Part shown: in pieces, positions 39,100-52,791 of the stretch
Layout of the letters: each line of letters starts with the position of its first letter
Numbering within the stretch: position 1 is the first letter of the stretch
NCBI GenBank assembly: GCA_951406725.2
Contig: OX597826.1
Location: 42,718,001 to 42,782,000, forward strand
DNA from: Octopus vulgaris
Taxonomy: Eukaryota
Direction of reading: 5' to 3'
Length of the DNA: 64,000 bases
Position numbers and translations under genes: made by a program
Notes under the pieces: generated by a model
The model's input: the letters and a program-made list of their open reading frames with translations, nothing else
What the model was told of the DNA's origin: nothing
Databases searched by the model: none

Positions 39100-41379
39100 A
39101 GCCTAGTACTTATTCTATTGGTCTCCTTTTTTCTGAACCACTAAGTTTTAAATATGTATATATTCGTTAAATTAAATCCAATCATGTTTTGTTTTGGAGA
39201 GAATTGAAATAAAGCTTTCACTTCTTTTATTATAGCTGTAATAATGGAAGTCTGGTGGGATTATTATTTGTATGGACTTAAAGATTGGTTGCTATTTAGT
39301 ATATAATTTAGTTATTGTAGGTTTACTATTAATACCTATTTCTTTACTACCCACAAGGGGCTAAACACAGAGAAGACAAACAAGGACAGACAAACGGATT
39401 AAGTCGATTACATTGACCCCAGTGTGTAACTGGTCCTTAATTTATTGACCCCGAAAGGATGAAAGGCAAAGTCGACCTCGACGGAATTTGAACTCAGAAC
39501 ATAATGGCAGACGAAATACGGCTACGCATTTCGCCCGGTGTGCTAACGTTTCTGCCAGCTCGCCGCCTTTTACTATTAATACCGATACAGATGTACATAG
39601 ATTTAGGTGTTTCTTGTTGTAGTTTAATTTTAAAGTTAGTGTTTAATCCTACCTATATTTAGATTGAATACTGTTGTACATAGGGTAACTGTGTTTGAAA
39701 GTTGTGCTTTTTTTTTTTTGGTATGTTTGTTCCCAAACAACACTACTTTTAGTGCTGTTGACACCGCCGGGTTGACTGGTACTGGCCAGGTGTCGAAACC
39801 ATAATGATATCTATTTGGAAGCTGATGATGGTGGTATGTTGGATTGTTGGTATGGCTGTTTTTATATATGTGGAATAGTGTTATAACACATACTTTTGAT
39901 ATATATATATATATATATATCATCATCGTTTAACGTCCGCTTTCCATCCTAGCATGGGTTGGATGATTTGACTGAGGACTGGCGAACCAGATAGCTGCAC
40001 CAGGCTCCAATCTTGATCTGGTAGAGTTTCTACAGCTGGATGCCCTTCCTAACGCCAACCCTTCCGATCACACAATCATAGGCATAGTCATCATCATTTA
40101 GCATCCGTTTTCCATGCTGGCATGGGTCAGATGGTTTGGCTGGAACTGGTAAGCTGAAGAGCTGTACCAGGCTCCAGTCTGCTTTACTTGGTTTCTATGG
40201 CTGGATGCCTTTCCTGATGCCAACCATTCCATGGAGTGTAGTGGGTACCTTTTACATTTCACTAGCTCTGACCACAACTACAATTTCAGTTGGCTTGACA
40301 TGTCTTCTCAAGTACAGTAAATCCCCAAAGTCTTGGTCATTGGTCATCTCCTCCATGAGACTCAACATCCAAAGATAATACTTCACATATTTTACTACCT
40401 TGTCCCATGCCTTCCTAAGTCATTCCTTTGTACATTAATGACCAACTTGTTACTGCATTCAATAACACGCACTCTTTTGCAGATGACAGACACCACATTC
40501 ATCCGTTCCCCCAGTTACCCCAACCATGTATCACTCACATGCCAAACCTGCTTTACGTGAACAAATGGAGACCTTCAGAGCATCCTTCAATGATGCCATG
40601 GTAACCTTGCAGTGGAGTAGATTGAGTGTATGTTACCCAGAGCAGGCCTTGTGTCTGCCGCCTCTCCTCTGGACTGCCAATTCTACACAGGCTTATATAG
40701 CTAACCCCAAAGTAATCCCCTAATAAAAGCATTGTTCAAGGTAGGCTGCCCTTCACACTCATTAGCTATGCTATTGGCTCCAGACTCTAGTCTAGAGGCT
40801 TGCTGTCTTCTCTCTCTCTGTTATATTGCAGCTACAAGGCTTTTGTTCTATGGAGCTGGCTACTCTTGCACCTCCACTCAGGACTTCCAATCCATTCATA
40901 TGTATACTTCTTATTTGCTGCCTGCAACTCCTGCTGAACTTGCATTAACTATTGTGTCCAATCCTTTCTCCCTTAGAAATCAGTCCTCTATAGTCTTCTT
41001 CCGACCCATAACCATCCTACAGTGGGAGGAGTAATGTCGATCCAATCTCTTCCTGCTATTCCTGCTGTATGTTTGCTTCAAATAACAAGTAGAGTGTGGC
41101 AGGATTGCATGCTATCCTCATTAAGTATTGGTAAATGGTTAGATTTTAGCACAAAGAATACACTTTGTGATGTAATGTTAACACTTTTCTAATAACATAT
41201 GTCAAAGGAACAATGCCATATTGAATAAGAAGACTAAAACCAATGGACAGAGTGAATAAAAGAGAAAGAAAACATCTAAGGTAGTGAGAAACAAATAATG
41301 AGTAGAGTGTAGCAGATAGCCTTCCTCCAATTTGAATGAAGAATGTTTAAGTTTGAAAGTTAAAACTGCTGATGAATAA

Positions 41380-41940
41380 TCTATTATATAAAATCCGTTC
41401 TGTCTGTTTGTGTGTGTGTCTTCTAGGATCTCGGGCATCCTCCATCCGATTGCGCTCAGATTTGATATGTAGATACCGATGGTACCAGGGTGTGTATAAG
41501 TCTTGAAAAAATGACAAAAATCGATTCCAGGTGAGAATGCGATCGATAAAGCCGTGGGAACGTGCATTTGTATGCGCAAGTATATCAGCTGTTGCAATCG
41601 ATACTACGCATACGTGAGAAAAATGCACGTGCAGTTTGCACAAAAAAAGCTGGCTGGCTTGAAATAATGCCACAAAATGCAGTATATTTAAGAGACCAAA
41701 AAAGTAAGATGCAAAAGAGATATTTTCTTGAAACTTGGTATGAAGGAAGGAAAGACTATTTGGTTTCTCAAGAAGTTTTTTTTTTGCCTTAAATTCGTTT
41801 AACAAAACCAAAAGTTTTATTGAAATAAAGGCATGCTTAATTATTTTTTAATGAAAAGAAAACACTGATTGCATTTTATTCAGCAGATATGATTCAGCAC
41901 CGTCCATTGGACAGGGTGGGGGAGGCGTTTTGCTCGTATT
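41380..41940 (+). mobile_element. Helitron-like 5' fragment
   Basis: A|TCTATTATATAAAATCCGTTCTGTCTGTTTGTGTG start resembling the other Helitron heads; 3' end uncertain. Confidence 0.5.
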
Positions 41941-43444
41941 ACTATATTTGGTAATGCTGACCAGAGTTAATTTTAGTTATATCTCTGAACTCCATTAGGA
42001 CACCTACTAACATTATTCCAGCCTATCATCTTTGACATCAGTTGTGGTTGGTGTTAGGAAGTGCATCTAGCTGTAGAAACTCTTCCAGATCAGATTGGAG
42101 CCATCTGGTTCACCAGTTCTCAGTCAAATCGTCCAACCCATGCTAGCATGGGAAGTGGACGTTAACGATGATGATGATAACATACATGTGTGTGTGTTTT
42201 AATGAGGGCATTGTTTTGTTTCATGTACACAAAAAAACATGATTGGGCCTGCTAAGAACCAAGTTCTACCAGAAATTATTAGGAACAACAGAAATAAACT
42301 AGTTTCCGTCTGTTTTATTGGCTATTTCCCTTCCTCAAAACATTTTATAGAACAACCAAGGTAAAACTTCTAAGTGGTCACTTGACCAACTAGAAATAAC
42401 AATGACTGCTTCATCAAAATGATACGTTATTATCTAAAGCTGAAAACTGACAGAGTTATTAGTGTTGAGAAGAATATCTTGTGATATTTGTTGTGGTTCT
42501 TTGCACTTGGAGTTCCATATCCCATCAGTATCAATTTTGCCTTTCATCTTTCTTGGATTGGTAGAGTGCTAGGATCAAGTACTGAAGTCAATTCTTCATT
42601 CTCTCTTTCTTTCTCCTTCCTCTACCTCCTCTCTCCTCTCATTCCCTTCTTAGTCCCACCTTCTCTCTTCTTCCCCTCTGCCCTCTCTCTCTCTCTCTTT
42701 TTCCACTGTCTCCCTCCCCTTTACCCTCTCTCTTTACTTTTCCCCTATCAGAATCAGCTACTTTGTACTGTGAGAAGGATCAGAGGGGATGATGGTGCTC
42801 ACAGCATCCCTCTCTATTAATATGAATGCCTTCTCGTAGAAAGACCTACCTGGTACGGGAACTGAACAAAAAATGGAATGATATACATGGAACAGAAATA
42901 AAGAAAAAATAATGAAGTTTTGGAAATGGTGAGACACAACAGATAATGTAGTCTCAGATATGTAATATCTGGGATAATCAGAAGTCTACTCAGTCATAGC
43001 TGACCTGGGGTTAAATGACAATAACATGAGCAACAATAGGAATAGCAACAGTTGTACACATGTCAAACTTTAAATGACAGATTGTACTACTGATTCTACA
43101 GTATTCCTCTTTCAAATTGTCTACACCCTTCATGAGAATAGTCAGAAACAAGATTTGGAACATCTGGTTTTGTTGTAAGAATACAACAAAATATACCTTA
43201 CTCTGTTTTTAACATTAAGTCCTTATCTAATTATGAATTATTGTGATCACTAAATAAAAATTATATTTAGAGTAGAGATTGTCAAGTATGCTGTCTTAGG
43301 GTGAGTATTATCCTTATGTAGGAAGAATTTTCTTATAGGCAAATATGTATTTATCAACATAGGGACATCTAGTAAAAGAAATCACCTCTTATGTTTAAGC
43401 AGTTGCTAGTGTTTTCACTTTGTGAATCTATTCCCTCAGATTTT

Positions 43445-44428
43445 TAATTAATTTTTTTAACTAAACATTTTTGAAACTTCAAATACTGGTAGAATTTCTC
43501 ACGTAGAACATGGTTTACTCTGAACGTTTTTGACAAAATTTTGTATGTTAGAAGTTATTTCATGTTAAAGTTGTCGTATTTGGGTAATTTCAACCAATCA
43601 ACAATATATATTTGGTTGAAGAAAGCTGCTGCTGTTTATAATAGTAATTGAAGAGGAACAACTTCCAGGTCATCTCTACTAAATGTCACCACTCTGTTTG
43701 AAGAATTAATACTTAGAAGGAACAAATATTATTTACGTATATTTATTTGTTTGCTCGACATTGCTGTTTTATCCACACATAAAGCACACCACTGTTTAAA
43801 AGACCTATAGAGCAACGAGTCCGCAGCTAGCTTTTTTATTGTTGCTGTATATGTAGTTTCAAAATGCCTTATTTTACAATTATGAGATATATTGTTATTG
43901 TCATGACTTTATCATACTATAATCAACAACAAAGACATTTCATCAATATAAAAGTCTTTATTAGATAAAAAAATAACATCATCAACACATGAAGGTAAAA
44001 CAAAACAAATAGCGGCTTATACACTGGAAAATATGGTAATTGTAGTGGCAAAGATAAGTTCATTTGCTGGTTGATACTTGATAGTGTTGAAGGGAGAAAA
44101 AAAGTAAGGAATGCACGGTGCTGACTAGGAAGGAAGAAAGGATAAAGGTAGTATCGTCTTCGCATGCCATACAAATAGAACAGAGTGGTGACATTTAGTA
44201 GAGATGACCAGGAAGTTGTTCCTCTTTGATTACTATCGCAAACAGTAGTAGCTTTCTTCAACCGAATACACATCGTTGATTAGTTGAAATTACCCAAATA
44301 CGACAACTTTACACGAAATAACTTCTAAAATACGAAATTTTGTCGAAAACGTTCAGGTAAACCATGTTCTACATGAGAAATTCTACAAGTATTCAAAGTT
44401 TCAAACTGTTTACTAAAAAAAAGTAATT
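43445..44428. mobile_element. Foldback-like element with ~255-bp TIRs
   Basis: 43445-43700 is the reverse complement of 44178-44428; arms partly similar to the interior of the 4966-5421 MITE. Confidence 0.8.
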
Positions 44429-44584
44429 GTGATTGAGATGGAATAGCTGTATAAAGCTAAAATTTATTTGCTAAAATTGATATTCTATCTGAATTTTTCA
44501 AGAATTTCACACTTTATACCATTATTTGCATGGAGTGCTCCTGGTCTCAAAATATGCTGACTTGTTGGATAGCAGTCTGTCAGT

Positions 44585-44746
44585 CATTGTTCCCGAAAGA
44601 CTTCATTGTTCCTGAAAGACTTCGTTGCTCCTGAAAGACTTCATTGTTCCTGAAAGACTTCATTGTTCCTGGACGACTTCATTATTCCTGAAAGACTTCG
44701 TTGCTCCTGAAAGACTTCATTGTTCCTGAAAGACTCATTGTTCCTG
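44585..44746. repeat. 19-bp minisatellite, ~8 copies
   Basis: Unit CATTGTTCCTGAAAGACTT with a recurring variant CGTTGCTCCT. Confidence 0.9.
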
Positions 44747-45083
44747 TGATTATAAAACCTTTACTTGAATTTACCTTCAGTGATGCAAATGCATAGTTGC
44801 TTCTTCATGGTATCATTCAGGTAACTTCAGTTTCATATGTGGCTGATTCCACATTACATGCCTGTTTTAAATAGCATCTTTTGGTCTTCTAACATAACAA
44901 CATGGAATATCATGTTTGGATGGCTTGCTACTGATACGTGTTTTCATGTTAGATGAACAGCTGCAGCTAATTTTGATGCAATCACTGTTGAAAATCTTCC
45001 TATATCTATGATCTACCTTACAATGCTTATCTAGAAGGGCCAGGCATTTCTTTTTTTTACAATAGGACAGAAATTGCTTTTTT

Positions 45084-45324
45084 TACAATAGGACAAATTT
45101 ATATTATTTGATCTCAACCGAAGTGAGGCTCTATAACCCCACTACCTCCTCCTAGTCCAAAAAAAAATTTATAATAGGACAAATTTATATTATTTGCTCT
45201 CAGCCGAAGCAAGGCTCTATAACCTCACTACCTCCTCCTGGTCCAAAACAAAAAAAAGTGTGGAGGGGGTCTCTAATAAACCAACCTTTGGTTGAGATCA
45301 AATAATATAAATTGTCCTATTGTA
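45084..45324. mobile_element. MITE with tandemly duplicated left end
   Basis: CAATAGGACAAATTTATATTATTTG ... CAAATAATATAAATTGTCCTATTG TIRs; ~87-bp internal duplication. Confidence 0.75.
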
Positions 45325-46606
45325 GTCTTGACAGTAATGGAAAAGACGAGGGTGAATAGTTACATAATTTTTCTAGATCTATTTCTGGACTGTGGAGTCT
45401 GTGTGTAGGAGGGTATCAGCCAATAAATTGAAGAGATCAGCTTCAAACTGGACATAGTTTGGGTTTTACATCAGAGATTTCAGTAGCACTCATCAGTTTG
45501 AAATTAAAAAGAAGAGTTATTCAGTATGCAGATTTCACTACAGCCTCCACTTTCTAAGCAAGATATCAGAAAATGATGAATTGAAAGTTAAAAGAGAAGC
45601 TCATTTTGCAATATACATAATTTTTGATTCAGCCCCACTCTGTGGACCCTTGGGTAAGTGTCTTCACTAGTCAGGGTTGACCAAATCCTTGTGAGTGAAC
45701 TTAGTTGTAGTTAAGACACCCGTGCTGGTGACAGAATTGTAGTTAAGACACCCATGCTGGTGACACGTAAAAAGCATCGTCCGAATGTGGCAGATGCCAG
45801 AGCCGCCTGACTGGCGTCCGTGTCGGTGACACGTAAAAGCACCAACCGATCATGGCCGTTTGCCAGCCTGCTCTGGCCCCTGTGCCAGTGGCACATAAAA
45901 AACACTGACTACACTCACGGAGTGGTTGGTGTTAGGAAGGGCATCCAGCTGTAGAAACACTGCCAAATCAGACTAGAGCCTGGTGCAGCCTCCATGGCTT
46001 ACCAGACCCTGGTCGAACTGTCCAACCCATGCTAGCATGGAAAACGGACGTTAAATAATGAAGCTATGTAGAAGTCTGATGTGTATATGTGTGCATGTGT
46101 ACTTGTCCCTACTCATCCCTTGACAGCTGGTGCTGGTTTGTTTATACCCCTGTAACTTAGCAGTTTTGCAGAGGAGACCAGTAGAATAAGTGCCAGACTT
46201 AAAAAATAAGTCCTGGGATTGGTTTGTTTGACTAAACCCTTCAAGGCAGTGTTCCAGTGCAACCATAGTCCAATGGTGGCAACAAGTGATAGAGAAAAGA
46301 AGATAAAAAAGAAAGACAAATTAGTGAACTGAAGGAAAGTCAGTAACAAATAAATAAATTTTTTTTCAAAAATTATTAAATGAAAGATCTATATTTCGGT
46401 TCTCATTGCCTAGATCTGGATGAATATATTATTGCATTTAAGGAGAGCTGACCAGTTTCAAAACTAAACTCATCAACATGATGCAGCTATTGAATATTTG
46501 GGTTTGGCATTCAAATATATTCTTGGTGTCAGTGAATTTTTTAAAGACTTAGTCCAGTTTTTCAGTTATGCAGAAACTACTTTTTCTATCATTTATATAA
46601 AGTTAC

Positions 46607-46968
46607 TTCGTTTTGGGATTTGGTTTGCAAGATTCTTTATATGAGTTCGTGTGTTGAAGCATATTCTGTTGTGTCTGGGGAGAGTCATTTTCTTTTTGTG
46701 CCTTATAATGTAACACACTCACCGGTAAAATTTCCACTTTTTTCTTATTTTTATTGTCCTAAAATTTCCGTTGCGTCTTGCAACCTTTTCAATAGTCTTA
46801 ACTCTAAACTATTGAAAAGGTTGCAAGAGAGTCAAAACTATTGAAAAGGTTGCAAGACGCAACGAAAATTTTAGGACAATAAAAATAAGAAAAAAGTGGA
46901 AATTTTACCGGTGAGTGTGTTACATTATAAGGCACAAAAAGAAAATTACTCTCCCCAGACACAACAGA
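46607..46968. mobile_element. Short PLE-like insertion with inverted arms and ~12-bp TSD
   Basis: TSD ATATAAAGTTAC at 46595-46606 and 46969-46980; ~135-bp near-perfect inverted arms (46661-46796 / 46837-46972). Confidence 0.75.
46838..46874 (+). ncRNA. Variant hammerhead ribozyme fold with U3-A8 core (inverted copy at ~46759-46795, minus strand)
   Basis: CTA-TTGAAAA-G-GTTGC-AAGAC-GCAAC-GAAA-AT-TT-TAG. Confidence 0.55.
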
Positions 46969-47769
46969 ATATAAAGTTACGCTTTTCAACAATTCTCCAG
47001 CTAATTCAGAGTTTGTAGTTTTCTAATTTCAATGATGAGATGTTGAATGCTTGCTTACTTTCCATTTCTCACTGTTTTTGAAGGTGGAGGTGTAATTATG
47101 AAATAATTTCTTCGTTGTCCTTTCTCTCATACCAATATTCCACTTTAGGACGATATCTTTGTCTTTTATCTTTTATTTACTTCAGTTGTTGGACTGTAGC
47201 CATGCTGGAGCACCACTTTGAAAATATTTTAGTAAAAAAAAAAAAATAACCCCTAGTACTTATTTTTAAAAATCTGCTACCTGTTGTATCAGTAACTTTT
47301 GCCAACCCACTAAGCTTTGGGAATGCAAACAAACCAACACCAGTTGTCAAGTGGTGTTGGTTGAGAGGTCAAACACAAATACAAAGATACATACACATTG
47401 ATATACAAACATATAAATCAAGGTTCCACATAGTTTCTGTCTACCAAATTCATTCACAAGGAATTGGTTGACCCAGGGATATAGAAGAAGACACTTTCTG
47501 GTAGGACTAAACTGAAAACCATGTCATTATTATCAATATCATAATTCTTATTTCTTTATTGCCCACAAGAGGCTAAACATAGAGGGGACAAACAAAGGGA
47601 TTAAGTCGATTACATCGACCCCAGTGCGTAACTGGTACTTAATTTATCGACCCCGAAAAGATGAAAGGCAAAGTCGACCTCGGCAGAATTTGAACTCAGA
47701 ACGTAACGGCAGACAAAATACCGCTATGCATTTCGCCCAGTGTGCTAACATTTCTGCCAGCTCACTGCC

Positions 47770-47991
47770 TTTATCATCAATATCATCATTCTTGTTGTTG
47801 TTGTTGTTGTCGCCGTTGTTGTCAACATTATCATCACCATCATGCTCATCATCACCACCATCATTGTAGTCATCAATGTCTCCATCCTAATGTAATGGTA
47901 ATTCTACATACTTTAGGGCGATTGTGGTGATAAGTGCAATGATAATGATGAAGTTGATGATTCAGGATGATTAATCTTATGGTGATGATGG

Positions 47992-48043
<52 letters not shown>

Positions 48044-48236
48044 GATTGTGGTAACCTTCTTCGTCATTTGTCGGTTGGCGGAAATTGTTTTCCCACATCT
48101 AGCCATGCACTCACCCAACTTTGCCCTAACCTGTCTTTCATTTGGTTTTGGATCTGTGTCAAAAAGGGTTTCCTGTCATGCATTTATTATTAGTGTTTTC
48201 TTCATCATCATCACCACCACCACCACCACCACCACC

Positions 48237-48270
<34 letters not shown>

Positions 48271-48545
48271 TCTCTATACCCAGCATCACCAGCACTAGTG
48301 TCACCAGCAGCAGCAGCACCACCACCACCACTACCAAAATCATCATCGTGATCATCATCATTGTCATCATTATTATTGATGACTTACTTATTGATTGCCA
48401 ACATATGGCATGGCTACACAGAAACAAGAACTGAACCACAACAACAACAACAACAACAATGACAACAGCAGCATCAACAGTAGCAATGACATTAATAATA
48501 GCAGTAGTAACCACCACAATAACAGCTGCAGCAACAACAGCTATG
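47770..48545. repeat. Compound trinucleotide repeat field (CAT/GAT, CAC, CAA, CAG)
   Basis: Directly visible. Confidence 0.9.
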
Positions 48546-49319
48546 GAGCATTGTGCCAAGAGCCTGTCTGCTTCTGTTTCCCAAATAATTTGTGTTGAGG
48601 ATACAACGTGTAACCTCCCTGTCATGGTCTGCAGGTTTCAGGTGTGATGAAATGAAAGGAAGAATTGATCAATCTAGATAAGGAAGGAAGATATTAAAAG
48701 TGAAATAAACTGAGTGAGGATATAAACATTCACCACCCACACATATTTACATATAACTATAACAACATATCATCATCATCATCATCATCATCATCGTTTA
48801 ACGTCCGATTTCTGTGCTAGCATGGGTTGGATGGTTCGACCGGGGTCTGGGAAGCCAGGAGGCTGCACCAGGCTCCAGTTTGATCTGGCAGTGTTTCTAC
48901 AGCTGGATGCCCTTCCTAATGCTAACCACTCCGTGAGTGTAGTGGGTGCTTTTTACGTGCCACTGGCACAAGTACCAGGGGAGGCTGGCAGTGGCCACAA
49001 TCGGTTGGTGCTTTTTAAGTGCCACCGGCACAGAAGCCAGTTGAGGTGGTGCTGGCATTGGCCATGTTCGGATGGTGCTTTTTACGTGCCACCGGTACAG
49101 GTATCACAACTACAATTTCCATTTGATATTTATTTTGATGTTGATGTACTTGACTCAATAGGTCTCCTCAAGCACAGCAGGTCACCCTACGATCCAAGGT
49201 AAGCACAGCAGGTCATTCTGCAATCGAAGGTACTTTGGATGGGCTGGGGCTATGCGAAGCAGCCATGAACTCACGTTTATATATATATATGCACATACAC
49301 ATGTCTGAATATAAGTATA

Positions 49320-49351
<32 letters not shown>

Positions 49352-49682
49352 CCATCATCATTTAGTGTGAGCTTTCCATGCTAGCATGGGTTAGATGGTT
49401 TGCCTGAAACTGGTAAGCTGGGGGCTGCACCAGGTTCCAGTCTGATTTGACATGGTTTCTATGGCTGGATGCTCTTCCTAATGCCAACCACTCCAAGAGT
49501 GTAATGGGTGCATTTTACATGCAACTGGTATGGAGGCCATTTACATGACACCGGCAATAGCCACAACTATTATTTCAGGGGTGTCATTTACATGACACTA
49601 GCAACGATCACGGCTACGATTTCATTTGGCTTGATGAGTCTTCTCAAGGACAGCATACCACCAAAGGTTTCATTCACTTGTG

Positions 49683-49733
<51 letters not shown>

Positions 49734-50399
49734 GTGCCTAAGTGGCTAGGGTATTGTGTTCATGATTGTAAGAATGTGGTTTCGATTCCTGGACTGCATG
49801 ATGTTTTGTGCTCTTGAGCAAAAAACTTCATTTCATGTTGCTCCAGTCCACTCAGCAGGCAGAAATGAGTATTCCTGAGATGGACTAACATCCCATCCAA
49901 TGTGGAGGAGTGGGACAGATATATATTTCAGTGAATCCAGGAAATTGGTCTCATAAACCTATGGCTCAGGAAACATCTTTGATCCTTTTTTTAAATATAA
50001 ATATCATTCTTTTAACTTCCAGTGATCACACAGAATTTGCTGATCCAGATTTTCTACTACCAGAGGCCCTAGCTATCACCAACAGAATACTCACACACAC
50101 ACACACACAAATAGGTTTTTATTTAGATTTGTATATACATACATATGACAGGTTTCTTTTAGTTTCTATCAACCAAATCTCCTCACATATCTTTGGTTGC
50201 CCCAGGGTAATATATACATACACACACACACACAAGTTATATGTATGTGTTTATATATTTATATGTTTATGTTTACGTTTCTATATATTGTATCAATTTA
50301 CCTATCTGTATCTATCTGTATACATAAATACATGCACACATGAAAATCTTGCAATATTCATTGAGTTTGTGGCAGATAATATATATATATATATGATCT

Positions 50400-51245
50400 G
50401 ATGGATGTGTAATGTCAGTGTGCATACTCAACAGAGTGTAAGTACCTTGAGAGAAAAGTTGGACCTAAGAAGCATCAGATGTAGTGTGCAAGAGAGACAA
50501 CTGCGCTGGTATGGTCATGTGGCAAGAATGGATGAGGATAGCTGTGTGAAGAAGTGCCACACCCTAGTGGTTGAGGGAACCTGTGGAAGAGGTAGGCCCA
50601 GGAAGACCTGGGATGAAGTGGTGAAGCACGACCTTCGAACATTAGGCTTCACTGAGGCAATGACTAGTGACCGAGACTTTTGGTAATATGCTGTGCTTGA
50701 GAAGACCCCACAAGCCAAATGAGACCATCACCCATGGCCTATAACCAGGGGTGTGACCAGCCCACTTATGCATATCTTCCCTTCATTGGACGCTGCTTGC
50801 AAAGACCTGTTGAGGCAAGTGAAATCGAAATCAAATTCGATGACCAGCATCGTGCTAGTGGAGCACTAAGAGCACCATCCGAGCGTGATCATTGCCAGAG
50901 CGGCTAACTGGCGTCCGTGGCATGTGAAAAGCTAACTGGCGTCCGTGGCATGTGAAAAGCACCATTCGAGCGTGATCGTTACCAGCATCGCCTTACTGGC
51001 AGAAAAAAAAAAAACACCATTTGGGCGTGGCCGTTGCCAGTACCGCCTGACTGGCCCTCATGCTGGTGGCACGTAAAAGCACCCCCTACACTCTTGGAAT
51101 GGTTGGCGTTAGGAAGGGCATCCAGCTGTAGAAACTCTGCCAGATCAAGATTGGAGCCTGGTGCAGCCATCTGGTTTGCCAGTCCCAGTCAAATCATCCA
51201 ACCCATGCTAGCATGGAAAGTGGACGTTAAATGATGATGATGATA
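50400..51245 (+). mobile_element. 5'-truncated RTE LINE
   Basis: ORF 50405-50686 matches the RTE C-terminus; shared 3' UTR and (TGA)n tail. Confidence 0.9.
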
Positions 51246-51264
51246 CATATAATATGCATATACT

Positions 51265-51667
51265 CTCTTTTACTCTTTTACTTGTTTCAGTCATTTGACT
51301 GTGGCCATACTGGAGCACCACCTTTAGTCGAGCAAATCTACCCCATGACTTATACTTTGTAAGCCTAGTACTTATTCTATCGGTCTCTTTTGCTGAACTG
51401 CCAAGTTACTGGGACGTAAACACACCAGCATCGGTTGTCAAGCGATGTTGGGGGGACAAACACAGACACACAAACAGACACACACACACATATATATATA
51501 CATATATATGATGGGCTTCTTTCAGTTTCCGTCTACCAAATTCACTCACAAGGCTTTGGTCGGCCTGAGGTTATAGTAGAAGACACTTGCCCAAGTAGCC
51601 ATGAAGTGGGACTGAACCTGGAACCATGTGGTTGATAAGCAAGCTGCTTACCACACGGCCACTCCCA
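51265..51667 (-). mobile_element. SINE family A
   Basis: Full reverse copy. Confidence 0.85.
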
Positions 51668-51669
51668 TT

Positions 51670-51943
51670 ATGTATATACATATATATATATATACATTAT
51701 ATATATATATAAATAAATACATATACATACATAATATATATACATTATATATATAATATATATATACATTATATATACATAATATATATGATATATATAT
51801 ATATATACATTATATATACAATATATATACACATTATATATTCATTATATATATATATAACATATATATTCATTATATATATATATAATCTATATACATT
51901 ATATATATATATGCATTATATATATATGTATATATATATATGC

Positions 51944-51977
<34 letters not shown>

Positions 51978-52281
51978 TTATATATATATATATATATATA
52001 TATATGCATTATATCATCATCATTGTTTAGCGTCATTGTTTATATAGACATATATAATATATATATACATTATATCTATATATACATTATATATATATAC
52101 AGTACATATATATTTATAATATATATAACATATATGTTATATATATGCATATATATATATGCATACATATAAATGTGTATATATATATATACACACACAC
52201 ATATATGTATGTACATATATATGCATCATCATCATCATCATCATCATTATATATATAAGAATATGAACGTACATGCATATG

Positions 52282-52324
<43 letters not shown>

Positions 52325-52325
52325 A
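51670..52325. repeat. Degenerate (TA)n microsatellite field
   Basis: Directly visible. Confidence 0.9.
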
Positions 52326-52749
52326 CTCTGATGCATATGTGAGAATGAAAGTGAGTGAGAGATAAAGGAAGATTGTATCAGTATGAAAGAGGCTGGTGAT
52401 GATGTGGCTGAAGTTGTCTCGTACACAGCTCAGTGTGGATCGCGTGTAGCAAAGCTGCTACTCTATAAGGTACTATTCTTGTATTTACATAAGATTATCA
52501 CTTAACTATACACACACAGACACATGTACATGACATATATATATACATTCATATGAACCAACTAAATTGTTTCCCCATTTTCTTATTTGTATTATAAATT
52601 AATGGTAAAATATTTCTTTACCTTCACCCATTTAATACAATAAGTAAGTTAAAAATACTTGTGTATTAATAATTTGGGTATTATACCAACAATATATTGG
52701 ATAAATATTATTCCTTAGTGAGTTGGAACCACAACCCCTAACTTACTTG

Positions 52750-52791
<42 letters not shown>

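Noticed and set aside
44585-44746. CRISPR-like array
   Set aside because: Head-to-tail 19-bp units with no unique spacers; eukaryotic context; no cas genes
45460-45500. Hammerhead-like CTGATGA...GAAA on the minus strand
   Set aside because: No stem I complement; stem II only 2-3 bp
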